A DNA stretch of 64,000 nucleotides from Octopus bimaculoides (Eukaryota). Both the position numbers and the translations under genes were made by a program. Positions 25,314-38,424 of the stretch are shown here, piece by piece. The notes under the pieces were generated by a model. It worked only from the letters and a program-made list of their open reading frames with translations, had not been told where the DNA came from and did not search any database. Each line of letters begins with the position of its first letter. Positions within the stretch are counted from its first letter, which is position 1. The DNA is taken from assembly GCF_001194135.2 (NCBI RefSeq), contig NC_068996.1, positions 50,045,413-50,109,412 on the forward strand, written 5' to 3'.

Positions 25314-28300
25314 TAAGCAATAGCATACATGTCTTTTATTGGCCTTGATGTGTGCACTATAATTCTGCTGAATCAACAGCAAAAGAATGTGCAAGACATA
25401 GCAAAAAATACATTATATTATACCAAAACAATAAATAAGCTAACTAGACAATACAGCAAACTCATTGTTTGACTAATTCCAGGTAAGTGCTGATCAATGG
25501 AATTTGCTCAAGGTGTGTATGAATGACTATTTTATCTAATATGTTTCTTTCTTTCTTTTTTAACAACGGTATGGAATGATTTGAAGGAAATTAGATTTAA
25601 TTGCTATTTCTAATTCACTGAAAGCTACTTCATAAGAACAGTGGTTCTCAGCCTTTTTTAATGTCTGGGCCAGATCCAAAACCTGGATTTTCTTAGGGGC
25701 CTTGCACAAAACAAAGTAAAACACAAGTCAGTTAAAGAAATAATTATATTTATAGAAGGAAAACCATCAGGGTCCATTAGAAGGAAGCTTGAGGGCTGCA
25801 TATGGCTCTGGGAGCTGCAGTTCAGAATCATTGTCTCAGAGGTTTCTATATATAAAAATGTAATGGAGAACAAATTGTTGTAAAGGAATTAAGTACTAAA
25901 AATTTCCATTGCTGAATGTTAAGTTCCTCTAATTAATCCTTTATGTCTTAAAGAAAGATAAATACATCACAACTATTGTAAAATGTTAAAGCATTGCCAG
26001 GGACAAACCGCTTTAGATCCTCTCAGATTTGAAACACAAGGAATAAATAAGATTGATTTCAGTTAATGCTCAAGTGTTGTAGCCGAATGCCAAGTAGAAG
26101 GAAGGAAATTCCAGAGGAAAGATGCAGTTCTGGAGAGGAAGGACAATGTAAATACTTAGTAGAGAGTTTGTGAGGTAAGAAATAATGAGTGATGGTGGTG
26201 GTAGCGGGGATAATATGGAGAAGACCTGTACTCCACAGCAGAAATGTTATGACTGGTTCCTTTGATGGTGAAAAGCACTCATGGCAGTGCCATGTAAAAG
26301 CATCTGTGTAGTGCCAATGCAGCACCACATAAAAATGCCCATATGACACCATATAAAAGTACCTGTGCAGTGCCACATAAAAGCGCCAGTGTGGCACTGT
26401 GCAAAAGCACCCAAAACACTCTAAAGTGATTGGCGTTAGGAAGGGCATCCAGCCATAGAAACTATGCCAAATCAAACTGGAGTCTGGTTGGATAGTGCTT
26501 TTTACATGCCACCGGCTGAGAGCCAGTCAGGAGGCACTGGCCACAACTACGATATTGGAATAATGCAAAACATGTATTTTATAAATTCCTGTGTTCTTAA
26601 ATGGCGAACAGACTTGGCAACGCTACCTTCATGGGTACAGGATGATTAAAACAACCCCAGTATTATTTAACTAGTATTCATTTTGCTGACCCTAGAAAAA
26701 TGGAATGTAAAGTCAGCCTGACTGGAATTTGAACTCACAATATAATTTACCAAAACATATATCATGTTGATGCTCAACAATTTCTGTTTTACCAAATGAT
26801 CCTCAACAGGTCAATTAGGCATGGGATTACTCTTTTACTGGTTTCTGTCATTTGACTGTGTGCCTTTAGTCAAAATAACTGACCCCAGGACTTACTCTTT
26901 GTAAGCTTAGTACATATTCTATTGGTCGTTTTTGCTGAACTGCTAAGTTACGGGGACATAAACACACCAACATTGGTTGTCAAGTGACGGTGGGGGAACA
27001 AACACAAACACACACATATATATATATATACAACGGGCTTCTTTCAGTTTCCGTCTACCAAATCCACTCACAAGGTTTTGGTCAGCCCAAGGCTATACTA
27101 GAAGACACTTGCCCAAGGTGCCATGCAGTGGGACTGAACTCGGAACCATATGGCTGGGAAGCAAGTTTCTTACCACACAGCCACTCCAGTGCCTATTCTG
27201 CATTTCTTTTTGTTTTTTAGATGGTTAAAATATAATTTTTAGAGTAGTCAAGAAATAATGTTTTAGGGTGGTTAAGATTATTTTTCTTATTTTTGGTAGA
27301 AATAGTTTGCTTAATATGGTCTGTGAGGTGTCCTACAATAAATAACTAAGATACCAGTTTCAACCTTATTAGGTCTCTTTAGGCTTTCATGAAGTAGCAT
27401 ATGACTACAAATAATGTTTTACATCTAGTTAAAAACAATTCAAAAGTATTCTTCTTCAGCAAAACTGGATACATTATCAGCAAGTGAATATACTTTCTAT
27501 ACTGATGGTCCTGAGCGGAGGTAGTACAAGACCAGCTAGTTTGAGGAACAGAGGCCACAATAGCAGTGTCAGCAAAGGATACAGAGTGAAGAAGCAAACA
27601 GCATGTCTGAAGCTGGAGAGCATTAGTGAGTGACTTAATGCCAACCAACTTTAGGTCTCATAGTTCTTTCATTTTTAAATACGTTTTAAAATAAAACAAA
27701 TATTTCATTATTGAAGACTGCAAAGAAATTTTTGACATGACATCATGACAAATATTTTCCATGTTATAAATAATTTCTTTCTTTTGCATAAAGAAAAAAA
27801 ATGCTCAATGTGGCACCATTGATTTTTCACAACTTTTTGATAATGCTTCTAATTCAGCTTTGATTGTCACCTTTGTAACTGTTTAACTTGCACTGTTTTC
27901 AACAATAACATCACCATTTTTCACCATCTTCTCTCTCCCTCTCGCCTTTTCCAACTGGTGGGTAGCCAAGCATCACCTCTACTGCAAAACACCTATTTCC
28001 TGACCCTCTATTCATATTCTAATGTGATATCACATGGAACTAAGCTACCTACCTCAATATGACTCCTACCTAAGTTGAGGGATTCATCTTGTAAGATATT
28101 TGGTGACCCCACAGCTGCTGGTACCATGCAAAAAGCACCCAGTACACTTTATGAAGTGGTTGGTGTTAGGAAGGGCATCCAACCATAGAAACCATTCCAA
28201 AGCTGACAGCAGAGCTATGCACAGTCTTCTGGTTTACCAGCTACTGTCAAACTGTTCAACCTATACCAGCATGGAAGGAGGATATTAAATGATGATGATC

Positions 28301-29577
28301 ATCATCATCATCATTAGCAGTAGCAGCAGCAACATCACCATAATATCTACATCTGTTTTTCCATGCTTGTATGGGTTGAACAGATCCTTTTCAACACACA
28401 GCATCTCAGCATTTGTTGCATTCTTCAGTAAGACTCAACATTCTGAGATCAGCTTTTATCACTTCCATCCACGTCTTGTTCTTCCACACTTTTCTCCTGC
28501 ATTCATACCCTGGCATTAATCTTTTATCTTTTACTTGTTTCAGTCATTAGACTGTGGCCATGCTGGGGCACCACCTTGAAGAATTTTTAGTCAAATGAAT
28601 CAACACCTGCATTTCCTTTTAAACTTGGTACTTATTCTATTGATCTCTATTGCCAAACTGCTAAGTTATGGAGATATAAACACATCAACACCAGTTGTCA
28701 AACACTAGTGGGGGACAAACACAGATATATATTAGTATATGTATATAAATATATACGATAGGCTTCTTTCAGTTTCCACCTACCAAATCCTTTCACAAGG
28801 CTTCAGTTAACCTGAGGTTACAGCAGAAGATACTTGACCAAGATGTCACGCAATGGGACTGAACCTGGAACCATGTGGTTGGGAAGCAAATTTCTTACCA
28901 CACAGCTACACCTGTGCCTAGCCCTTTACTCTGTCTGTTGTTATTCTCCTTGAACATCATGTGCCCATACGAATGCAATCTTTGGTCTTGCACACATCAC
29001 ACTCCTCTTATACCTAATTTTTCTCCCAGCTCATCTTTATCACATTGTTCACGCATGCTAATACCACACCCACACCCACATTAAACTCTGAGAAGTTAGA
29101 CCATAGTACAATTGGTTGAAATATTAGATTTATGTGGCTAGACTACTAGCACTGAATGTTCTTTTAGTTGTACAAACAGAAAAGAAAATTACAAGTGAAA
29201 TTTTTGTTTAAGTGAAAATATGCAATAAGCATCCAGTATCAGAAAACCGATCATATTTTACAAATACTTTGTTGGTTACAAGTTAAGGTAGCCTCTTTGC
29301 AGTTACTTGACATGTTATTAGCTTCAGCAGCCTTATCTCCCTCAAATCTCATTCCACTGTATATAAAAGCAAGGAAAGAAATAGAGGATATTCTAGAGAC
29401 CTCTAAAAGAGCAATTTGGTTAAAGTTAGAATTTCTTTGATCAAAGGTTTCACGGTTCATTTGGTGCTAAAAAACAACAACTGAGTGGTTATGCTATGAA
29501 TTATTAACATAATATATCAAGGATGCTAAGAAATGATACTGGCAAGTTTTAATTATAAGAAGTTGTGACAATTAATC

Positions 29578-29815
29578 ATCATCATCATCATCATCATCAT
29601 CGTTTAACGTCCGCTTTCCATGCTAGCATGGGTTGGACGGTTTGACTGAGGACTGGTGAAACCGGATGGCAACACCAGGCTCCAATCTGATTTGGCAGAG
29701 TTTCTACAGCTGGATGCCCTTCCTAACGCCAACCCCTCAGAGAGTGTAGTGGGTGCTTTTACATGCCACTGGCACGAGGGCCAGTCAGGCGGTACTGGCA
29801 ACAGCCATGCTCAAA
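29578..29815 (-). mobile_element. Young family B retroposon copy
   Basis: Same (CAT)n-cgtttaacgtccgc tail and body. Confidence 0.85.
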
Positions 29816-30498
29816 TGTTGATTGGAATATCTGCAGAGGTATTTTCACAAGGAAGTAAATTGCTTCTGATATGACAAGCATTTCAGCCATAAGTATTCCA
29901 TTTCCCTTTTTCAGGTCTCTAAAACTATATTCTGTATTTTATTTTTGTTTTGTTTTCTTTATTTAGAAGAACTGGATGTGATTCGAAGAGGATTTGGCTG
30001 CTGTTTCTAGCAAGTCAAGCAAAGACAGAGTAACTCAAAACAATCAGTGATAGAAATAGATGGGGAAAAAAGAAAATGAGTGAGAGTGACAAGGACAAAA
30101 AAAAGGGGGGTGAAGTGGATGAAAAGAAAGGAGAGAATGAAACGGGTAAAATATCTGTTAGGAACAATATATATAGTAAGAAACTCATGAGACAATATGG
30201 TAAGAAACTCACAGCAGCAGGTCTTCAAAGAAACCCACCTGTGGCAAGTATTTTGACCCTTAACTTCTCATACTTTAAGGGGGCTGGGTTGCATCCAGGT
30301 CATGACTCCTGGGTGCCCTTCTGCTGACATTTTCAAGCCACTTGGATATTGGGGATGTGTGCATTTAAACCGCTTGAAGATTTCATCTCGGTGTAGATGA
30401 AGTTGCCAAGTGGTATAAAATACAGGCACAAGTGTGAGTGTGTGGTATTGTGTAAGTGAAACAAAGTTTAAGAAAGAAAACCAAGTTATTGTTCTTAC

Positions 30499-30895
30499 CT
30501 GTGTTGAATGAATTGGTTACAACAGCAGTTGCTGCAGACATAGAAGCTGAAGAAGTGTTTGATGCAGCTAGTCCAACTGAAGTCTGCACTGTTCCTTGCA
30601 CTATCACAGGACTGTTTTGGTTGTGTACAGAAAGAGTACTTACAATTGGCTGTGTTAATACCTGAGTAGTGTAAGTATTAGACAAAGAAGAAACATCCCT
30701 AGTAGGAATCACAGTACTAGTCCGATTATTTACAGGAAGGAATGAGGCATCGACTGTACCGGGTGTTGCACTTGGCAACAACGTCAGTGTCATCATGTGT
30801 GGGTTTTCCTTTGGAAGAAGAGTCCGTTGAAAGAATACAGGCTTTTGTGCACTATGAAGCAATTTTCTACGATACCTTGTTGGTCTGTATTTATT
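30499..30895 (-). CDS. CRAMP1: CRAMP1 visible coding exon 12 (NKYRPTRYRRKLLHSAQKPVFFQRTLLPKENPHMMTL...SFNT)
   Basis: ttgatttgtag|AAT...G|gtaaga; 397 nt, phase 0 to 1; conserved QRTLLP. Confidence 0.9.
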
Positions 30896-31403
30896 CTACA
30901 AATCAAATAGAAATAAACTTTAGTAAATATTACAGGATATATCACAAGAACAGCTGAATGTGTTTAGGAACCTAAACACCTTGATATTTCAATGGACTTT
31001 TATCTCATTATCATCATTTAGCATCCACTTTTCTGAGCATGCATGGTTGAAAGTTCATTTGAGGCAGATTATCTACAGTGTGATGCCCTTCCTGTTGTCA
31101 ACACTCACCTGTTTCCAAGCAAGGTAATAATTTCTCTATGGCCAGACATGTTCTTGCAGAATATTGGAAATGAATGACACTGCTTGTATGACTGGGGACT
31201 GAACCCGGAACCATATGGTTGGGAAGCAAACTTCTTACCACACCTCTGCCTGTAGTTTATAATTTAATTTCTAACATCTCAAATGTAGGCCACAGATATA
31301 ATCAATTAGTGACACCAGTAATTGATCCAGAAAGAAATAAGATTTGAACCTGGATCATAAATGTATACAGCTAAATGCTACAATACATTTGGTTTATCAT
31401 TCT

Positions 31404-31638
31404 TATTTCTTTATTGCCCACAGGGGGCTAAACATAGAGGGGACAAACAAGGACAGACAAGGAGATTAAGTCGATTACATTGACCCCAGAGCGTAACTGG
31501 TACTTATTTAATCGACCCTGAAAGGATGAAAAGCAAAGTCGACCTCAGCGGAATTTGAACTCAGAACGTAAAGACAGACGAAATACCGACAAGCATTTCA
31601 CCCGTCGTGCTAACATTTGATGCCAGCTCGCTGCCTTT
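31404..31638 (-). mobile_element. SINE family C with 12-bp TSD
   Basis: gtttatcattct flanks both ends (31392-31403, 31639-31650). Core gcttttcatcctttcagggtcgattaaataagtaccag; related copies near 100-303, 50000-50180, 55110-55330 and 56200-56435. Confidence 0.8.
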
Positions 31639-32138
31639 GTTTATCATTCTACCAATCTACAACTCTTTTGTAGATTATAATATTAAAAGGTAACTCTCCA
31701 TACTGGTATTTCCATCAGTCTTATTTACTGCCTTCTACACTCACCTCTACCCCCATCTCTAACCATCCATTACAACCCCCTCATAGTACACCCCCTTCAT
31801 CTGATCAACTGTTCATATCCCCTCTTAGGATCACCTTGTACCTTGAGAGTTTGCTCTGATATTCCATCACTACCTTCCTTTTATCTAATTCAGCCATGTA
31901 TCTCTATAACAAGATACCTGTGTTTGTCGTTCTATCATACCAGACTTTCAACAACTCGTATATGGCCACCTAAACTTCTCAAATACTTCCCCTATTTAGA
32001 GGTGGTTGGGGCTTCTTTCTTTTCCTGTCTTGTAAGTTACTAGGTAACCTCACTAGTGCCAGTGACATGAGAAAAAAGGGAAAAAAAGCACCCAGTACAC
32101 ACTGTAAAGTGGTTGGCATTAAGAAGGGCATTTGTAGG

Positions 32139-32413
32139 AACCATACCTGGCTGTAGGAACCACACCAGGCTGTAGGAACCACACCTGGCTGTTGAAACCA
32201 TACCTGGCTGTAGGAACCATACCTGGCTGTAGGAACCATACCTGGCTGTAGGAACCATACCTGGCTGTTGAAACCATACCTGGCTGTTGAAACCATACCT
32301 GGCTGTTGAAACCATACCTGGCTGTTGAAACCATACCAAGCTGTAGGAACCATACCAGGCTGTAGGAACCACACCAGGCTGTAGGAACCATACCAGGCTG
32401 TTGAAACCATACC
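32139..32413. repeat. 19-bp minisatellite, 14 full units plus a partial, inside a family B copy
   Basis: Unit aacca(t/c)acc(t/a)ggctgt(agg/tga), counted by hand. Confidence 0.95.
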
Positions 32414-32551
32414 AAAACTGGTATGGACTGGAACTTAGTGCAGCCTTGTAGCTTGCTGGATCCTGTCATATTGTCCAACTAATGCCAGCATAGAAAAAGG
32501 ATGTTAAATGGTAATGATAATGAACTAATATGAAATGTTAAAAGAACTTAC

Positions 32552-32644
32552 TATGTATTCATTTGTAACAAAAGTTTGTGGCAGTGGCCCTTTTCCTGGT
32601 ATCACAGGTACTCGAAAAACTCCATCAACACGTTCAGAATCATC
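32552..32644 (-). CDS. CRAMP1: CRAMP1 visible coding exon 11 (DDSERVDGVFRVPVIPGKGPLPQTFVTNEYI)
   Basis: ttttggtag|GAT...ATA|gtaagt; 93 nt, phase 0 to 0; contains a VFRVP motif. Confidence 0.85.
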
Positions 32645-33019
32645 CTACCAAAATAATTGTAAATATGTTTTTATAATATACAACAATCAGATTGTGTGAG
32701 AGTGAAAACTTGTGAAAAGTTCACAAAAGGATTTCACATATTAAAAAAATAAAGGTATAATATTTGAAATTAGATTGTTAATTAATTACATGTAAAAGGT
32801 TAATCAAATTAAAATATGTTTAAATTCCAATACACGTAGATCAGTCAATTAAATATTGTGTACCACTAGTAATTTACTGTCTCTATAAGATTTCACTTTT
32901 GAAAACGGCCATCTCCTGGAACTTACAATCTTCCACTTCTAATGTAGAGTAGATATTTACAACAAGAAATATTCTCGAACAAGTTGTTGAAATATAGAAT
33001 TTTGTTTATTTTTCTTTTA

Positions 33020-33500
33020 CTTGTGTCTGTTAGAAGTGACTGCCCATGGCCTGTGCAGGTCTTCCAAAACCAATGAGATTGATGCCATTAACATTCTTCT
33101 TGGACTTTTTAAAATCAATACCTGCAGGAAAGATATGATTAGGGAGGTGTACCGATATTCTGAAAAGGGAAGTCTGGGCATAGAGTTTAGTACACCATTA
33201 TAGAATTGGTAGAAAAAGAAGAGAGAGAGAGGATATTGTGTGCCTGTGGGCTGGAGGCTAGAGTGGGTCAATAAGTACTTTATGCCAGTTAATCAGGTGG
33301 CTATTTTGTTGATGCAGTCTCCAGTGATTGTGTGAATAGCTGCAACACCGTTCCAGATGTGAGAGCAACACTCCATTGTATGCCTCACCGAAGCTTTGTA
33401 GTGTATTAATAATTGTTGGGACCACTGAAGTACCTCCTGGCCTTGAAGTGAAAGGACTTGGTATACATGAAGAATTGTAATTAGCATGTTAACCGCTACA
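33020..33500 (-). mobile_element. CR1/L2/Jockey-type LINE 3' remnant; related 3' piece at about 14390-14590
   Basis: LLIHYKASVRHTMECCSHIWNG resembles the RT C-terminal LYKA.VRP.MEYCS.IW motif; shared gatgccattaac tail block. Confidence 0.6.
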
Positions 33501-33882
33501 TTTACCAATAGTGGTTCATCACAAACTTCACTCAATCGGCATATGTATTTTCATAATTTGAGAAAATATTTTATTCTAAATCTTTGACATGGTTTTGAGG
33601 AGATTTAAATAACATGAGTGTTAAATATTAAAGTTTAATTATGAAATATTGTAAAAATGCAAAAAAATTACATTTCCTTGTAATTAAATAGTATACTGTG
33701 TAACTGAAAATATGTGGCATCACCGATAAGTTCCAGTAACAGACTGTGGCAGTTAAAGTATCAAGACAGTGAACAATAATATTCTATTCAAGATTTTCTT
33801 ATTCATAACATTAACCTCTGAAATTAAGTCTGAATTCATTATGTTTACAGCTAAATAAATTTATAGATACACAAATACATAC

Positions 33883-34104
33883 GTTTTTTTCTTCTGTTTT
33901 TTGTTCTTTTTTGTCATGTGAACGTTTAACAGCATTTTCAGAATTTCCACAAGATTCCTTATAAATTGCACCATTTTTGGTATTATTTTGAAGACAAGTG
34001 TTCCTATTGATGTTTTTGTTCACAAACTTTGAATTAGTTTTTGCATCCGAAGGATTCAATAGTTTGCCACAAGCTTCGCAAACTTCGCAGCCAGCACTGT
34101 TAGC
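33883..34104 (-). CDS. CRAMP1: CRAMP1 visible coding exon 10 (ANSAGCEVCEACGKLL...KTEEKN)
   Basis: cactttttag|GCT...AAC|gtatgt; 222 nt, phase 0 to 0, open frame. Confidence 0.8.
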
Positions 34105-34414
34105 CTAAAAAGTGATAAACATACATGAAAAATGTTAACCCAAAATAACTTGAGAAATACAGAACTCTTGAGAAATGCAATAATTGTTTCTAATTTAGGA
34201 ACAAGGTCAACAATTTTGAGGTAAGGTAGTTAGTTGATGCCACTGATTGGAATCTTATCCCAGAGGGATAAAAGGCAAAGTCGACCATGGCGGGATTTGA
34301 ACACAGAATGTAAAGGGTCAGAAAAAATACTGCAAGGTGTTATTTCCGATGTTCTAAGAATTCTGCCAATGTATTACTCTCAAGAAATATAATAAAATTT
34401 TTTTTAAATTCTAC

Positions 34415-35133
34415 CTTTCCACTTTTTGGTTTTTCATTTGACTTTGGTGCTTTAACTTTAACATAGTCCGTGAATTCCATTGTTGCCAAATGTACAAGTC
34501 TTCGCAGCCTATTGATGATAGTGTAAGATTCATATAATTTATCTTTAGAATCGGGAGATGTCTTTGACCAATCATATTCAAGTCTTATTGGTTCATCTTT
34601 GCCAAAAATTAGAAAAAGCTGAGCAACTGTCAAATTCTCGGCTTCTTTCATTGTCCACCCCTTTTTAGATTGTTCAAGAAGCTTTATTTTTATTTTTTCT
34701 AAATCTTCAGAAGTACGAATGTCTGTTGTATTAGGGGCTACAGATGAACTGTTTGATGTGACTGTTGTGGTGTGTGATGTGTTGCAAGATGTTACTGCAG
34801 ACTTATTTTCATCATTTTTTTCAGACACTTGTGGAGACATTTCTAGTGTTTTGTTCTCTGCAGAATTCAACACAGGTTGACTAGAATTTTCAGAAACGTT
34901 GCTGCTGTGTGACATCATAGTATCGGGAAACATTGCATTGTCAGAACTCACATCAGCAAAATCTGTTGTTCCTGAAACTGTTACTGGACCATCGGATTCT
35001 TTTATGAAAGAACCTGAAAGAATTCCATCATCTTTGGCATTTTCAGAGGATAATTTTGGTGACTGTACAAAAGCAGCATCGCAGGAATTTTCATTATTTG
35101 TAGATACTATTGGCATTTTCCTGGTTTTATGTG
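34415..35133 (-). CDS. CRAMP1: CRAMP1 visible coding exon 9 (large exon with GWTMKEAENLTVAQLFLIFGKDEPIRLEYDW)
   Basis: ORF 34340-35116; acceptor ttttttgcag|CA, donor AAG|gtagaa; 719 nt, phase 1 to 0. Confidence 0.93.
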
Positions 35134-35515
35134 CTGCAAAAAATAAATAAATAAATAAAATAAAATTGATAAAATAAAGTAAGCAATTTTTTAAATATAA
35201 ATCTTAGGAAAGTAATAAATAGTTCCTAAAGTAATATAATTCTTCTACTCTTAATTATGTTGCTTGTTTCAGTCACTAGACTACATCCGTAGCAAAGTAC
35301 TGCCTCAGCCTTTAAGAGTCTTAGGTGATTATCATAAAAACTTCATGTATTAAACAATTTCTTTTATCACCAGAAGAGCTCAAGACTCAAAGCTACGATA
35401 TTAGACACTTGGCCAAAGTAACATGAAGTGGTTTCAAACATGGAATCACACAATCATAAAGTGAAATTCTTAACTGCATGAGGTGTCATAGTATCAAAAT
35501 TACAACTTTTGAAAC

Positions 35516-35760
35516 ATCATCATCATCATTTAACGTCCGCTTTCCATGCTAGCAAGGGTTGGACAATTTGACTGAAGACTGGTGAGCCAGATGGCTACAC
35601 CAGGCTCCAATCTGATTTGGCAGAGTTTCTACAGCTGGACGCCCTTCCTAACGCCAACCATTCCGAGTGTAGTGGGTGCTTTACGTGCCACCGGCATGAA
35701 GGCCAGTCAGGCGGTACTGGCAATGGCCACGCTCAAAATGGTGTTTTTTACGTGCCTACA
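35516..35760 (-). mobile_element. Young family B retroposon copy
   Basis: Same tail and body. Confidence 0.8.
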
Positions 35761-37215
35761 AATGCCACTCTGAGTCATAAATAAGAAACAGACCAGCTGA
35801 CATTTGATTTAGATTTTATTTCAAGTTCTTTTATAAATAAATTTATAATAAAAAGTTAAGAGTTGTCATGTTTTGGAATTAACGCCAGTGTATTTTAACA
35901 ACAGTAATTCCTTTTAACTATTTTAGCCTCTTTTTTGCTTGGTAAGTAAAATCAAAGTGAAAGATTTCAGAATGTTGAAGGAATTAAATTGACTGAAGAT
36001 GTTAATCATTATTGAGTAAATCTCTGATTAAAAGAGTTCCAGCCATTACCGTCTCTTCATTTTTGACAGACAGTGCATAGCCAAGACATTTCAAGACAGT
36101 AGGAGGTGATTTCTATTATTCGATGAGCAAATATATAGAGGCTGCTTTTGTTGACTCAATTAAAAATTCAGTTAGAAAGGAGAAATGCAACATATTCTTT
36201 CATTCTTTTACTTGTTTCCATCATTTGACTGCAGCCATGCTGGAGCACTGCATTGAGGGGTTTTAATTGAACAAAACAGGCCTTATTTCTTAAGCCTAGT
36301 ACTTATTCTATCAGTCCCTTTTGCCAACTCACTAAGTTATGGTGATGTAAACATACCAACACTGGTTGTCAAGCAGTGATGGAGGGACAAACAGACATAA
36401 GAGACACACACACAGATATATAGAAGGAGTCTTTCAATTTCTGTTCACCAAATCCATTCACAAGGCTTTGGTCAACTTGAGGCAATAGAAAAAGACACTT
36501 GCCCAAGGTGCCATGCAGTCAGACTGAACCCAGAACCATGTGGTTGGGATGCAAGCTTCTTACCACATAGCAACGCCTGCAAATATAACACCGCCATCAT
36601 TTAATGTCCAAATTCCATACTGGCATGGGATACCTTGACAGGATCAAAAGAAGCCAAAGGACTGCACCATGCCCCAGTATCTATTTTGGCACGGTTTCTA
36701 TGGCCAGATGCCTTTCCCAATGTCAACCATTTTACAGCATGTACTGCATGTTTTTACCATGCTATGAGCACTAGAGGTTGCCAAAGAACTTGCGAGGCTA
36801 CAAACCCCAGAGGAGCAACTTTATGCTAGGTGATGAAGAGTAAAGAGAGATAAAGTATGAGAGAAAAAGGCTGGAGCAAAACAGGTTCCTTGTTGTAGAG
36901 GAGTCACATGACTACTCATATACAAATGCAATATACTCATCATCAACATTTAACGTCCCTTTTCCTGGGACTCAACTTGCTAGAAAACACAACCAAATCT
37001 CCGTCAAATACACCTTACTGTGTTAAAAAAGAAGGAATGGCATATTTGATAATATATAGTATGTCTGAATGAGTCAATATATTCAGGGCTATAGTTCCAC
37101 CTAAATCAGTGCTGACCTGACAACAACAATAGAAATTCAAATGTGACACACAAAGAGCTTCAATAAAATTAATTTAAAAAGTAAGAAGAACCTTTTATAT
37201 TTGTATAATAGTTAC

Positions 37216-37342
37216 TGAGCTTCAGATCAGGTTTTGGTGCTGTTTCTATTGCTTGAAGAGAAACTGGATAGCATTTACTGGACCTATGAGGGTATAATAC
37301 AAGCTGCTTCTGACTTTCATCAAACGAGTTCAAACTTTCTTT
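37216..37342 (-). CDS. CRAMP1: CRAMP1 visible coding exon 8 (KESLNSFDESQKQLVLYPHRSSKCYPVSLQAIETAPKPDLKL); donor either 37216 or 37192
   Basis: Polypyrimidine acceptor cttcactccttcctag|; open frame; both candidate donors (A|gtaact, G|gttctt) are phase 1 and fit the next exon. Similarity to the vertebrate LHLFP segment is weak. Confidence 0.6.
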
Positions 37343-37454
37343 CTAGGAAGGAGTGAAGGAAATGTTTCACTAAATATAAAACACTGCAAAATATTTGATG
37401 TCTCATGAGTGAAAGAGAAAAGCCTAAAGAAACGATTTTATCTGTTTACAAATA

Positions 37455-38424
37455 CCATAAAAACCCATGTAATACATGCACTTTTTTCGCAGGGGTGCAT
37501 AAATTACATGAGTAGATCATTTCCAGAATTTGTTTTGAAATTTTTGTTGTTGAAAAAAGACGTACAAAATGTAAACATTTGTACCAGAAGTTGACTCATT
37601 TAATGTCAGAATAAGTTTTTACAGAAAAAAATAATGGCTTAAATACACTTAATGAAGTTGACTTTTATTTATGCTGGACAGTATAATGCTTACTTTTTCT
37701 GTATAAATTTACTAAAAACACTAAATGGTTAACTAGTTTTTGAAGTCTGATGTTCATGCTGGGAAACACGGTCCAGACCATATTTTACATTGCTTGGAGT
37801 TTCTACCTATTGCAATGGAGCACATATTTAATTTCTCCTTCACAGTAAGCGATTCATAAGTTCTGCCCATACGAACAATAACGGTAATAACAAATTTTTA
37901 AGTTTGCTTGACATTTTATAAGGGATTAAAATTTCTATACTCTGTATCAAAGGTTCTAACAAGAATAGGTGGAAAAGAATTCTGTTTACATAATCAGCTT
38001 GAACAGTCAGTTGAGTAAAGTGTCATCCAAGCTGATGTGCATATTTATCAGCTTTGTTTTTGTAGGTAATTATTTTCCTGTGATCATAATTTGAGAAGAC
38101 ATAGCAGTATGCTAAAGATCGGACATAATCTCTTGTGGGCAAGAAATGTAAAATAAAGTTTATTACAAACACAAACTCCTTGTAATTTTATAGCTTTCAA
38201 TGTGATACCTGTTAAGCAGAAATTATTTTTATTTAATGAAAATTTAATAAAACTATTCATAATTAAGTGAAATTATGCTAATTACAACTAAATTAAAAAC
38301 CTTTTTCCTCTGGCTATATTGGCAATTCTGAAAACTTTTGGGTGTGAATTTTACATGAATAGAAGCTTTTTTAAACAAATTTTACCCTGAAAATCACCTG
38401 CGTAAATTACATGGGCTTTTACGG
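37455..38424. mobile_element. MITE with TA-CCGTA-type TIRs (about 970 bp)
   Basis: taccataaaaacccatgtaatacatgca versus reverse-complemented taccgtaaaagcccatgtaatttacgca (23/28, including TA). Confidence 0.7.

Noticed and set aside
25639-25833. hAT/Charlie-like MITE (cagtggttctcag...gttcagaatcattg)
   Set aside because: The right end is degenerate and no 8-bp TSD is found, so it is not listed as a feature.
27379-27648. ORF in the 30499-20967 intron as a cassette exon
   Set aside because: The required phase 1 frame after the candidate acceptor hits a stop.
32139-32413. Repeat array as a CRISPR or a repeat-protein gene (ORFs 31979-32478)
   Set aside because: Units are contiguous with no spacers, derive from a retroposon motif, and all frames are open only because the unit lacks stops.
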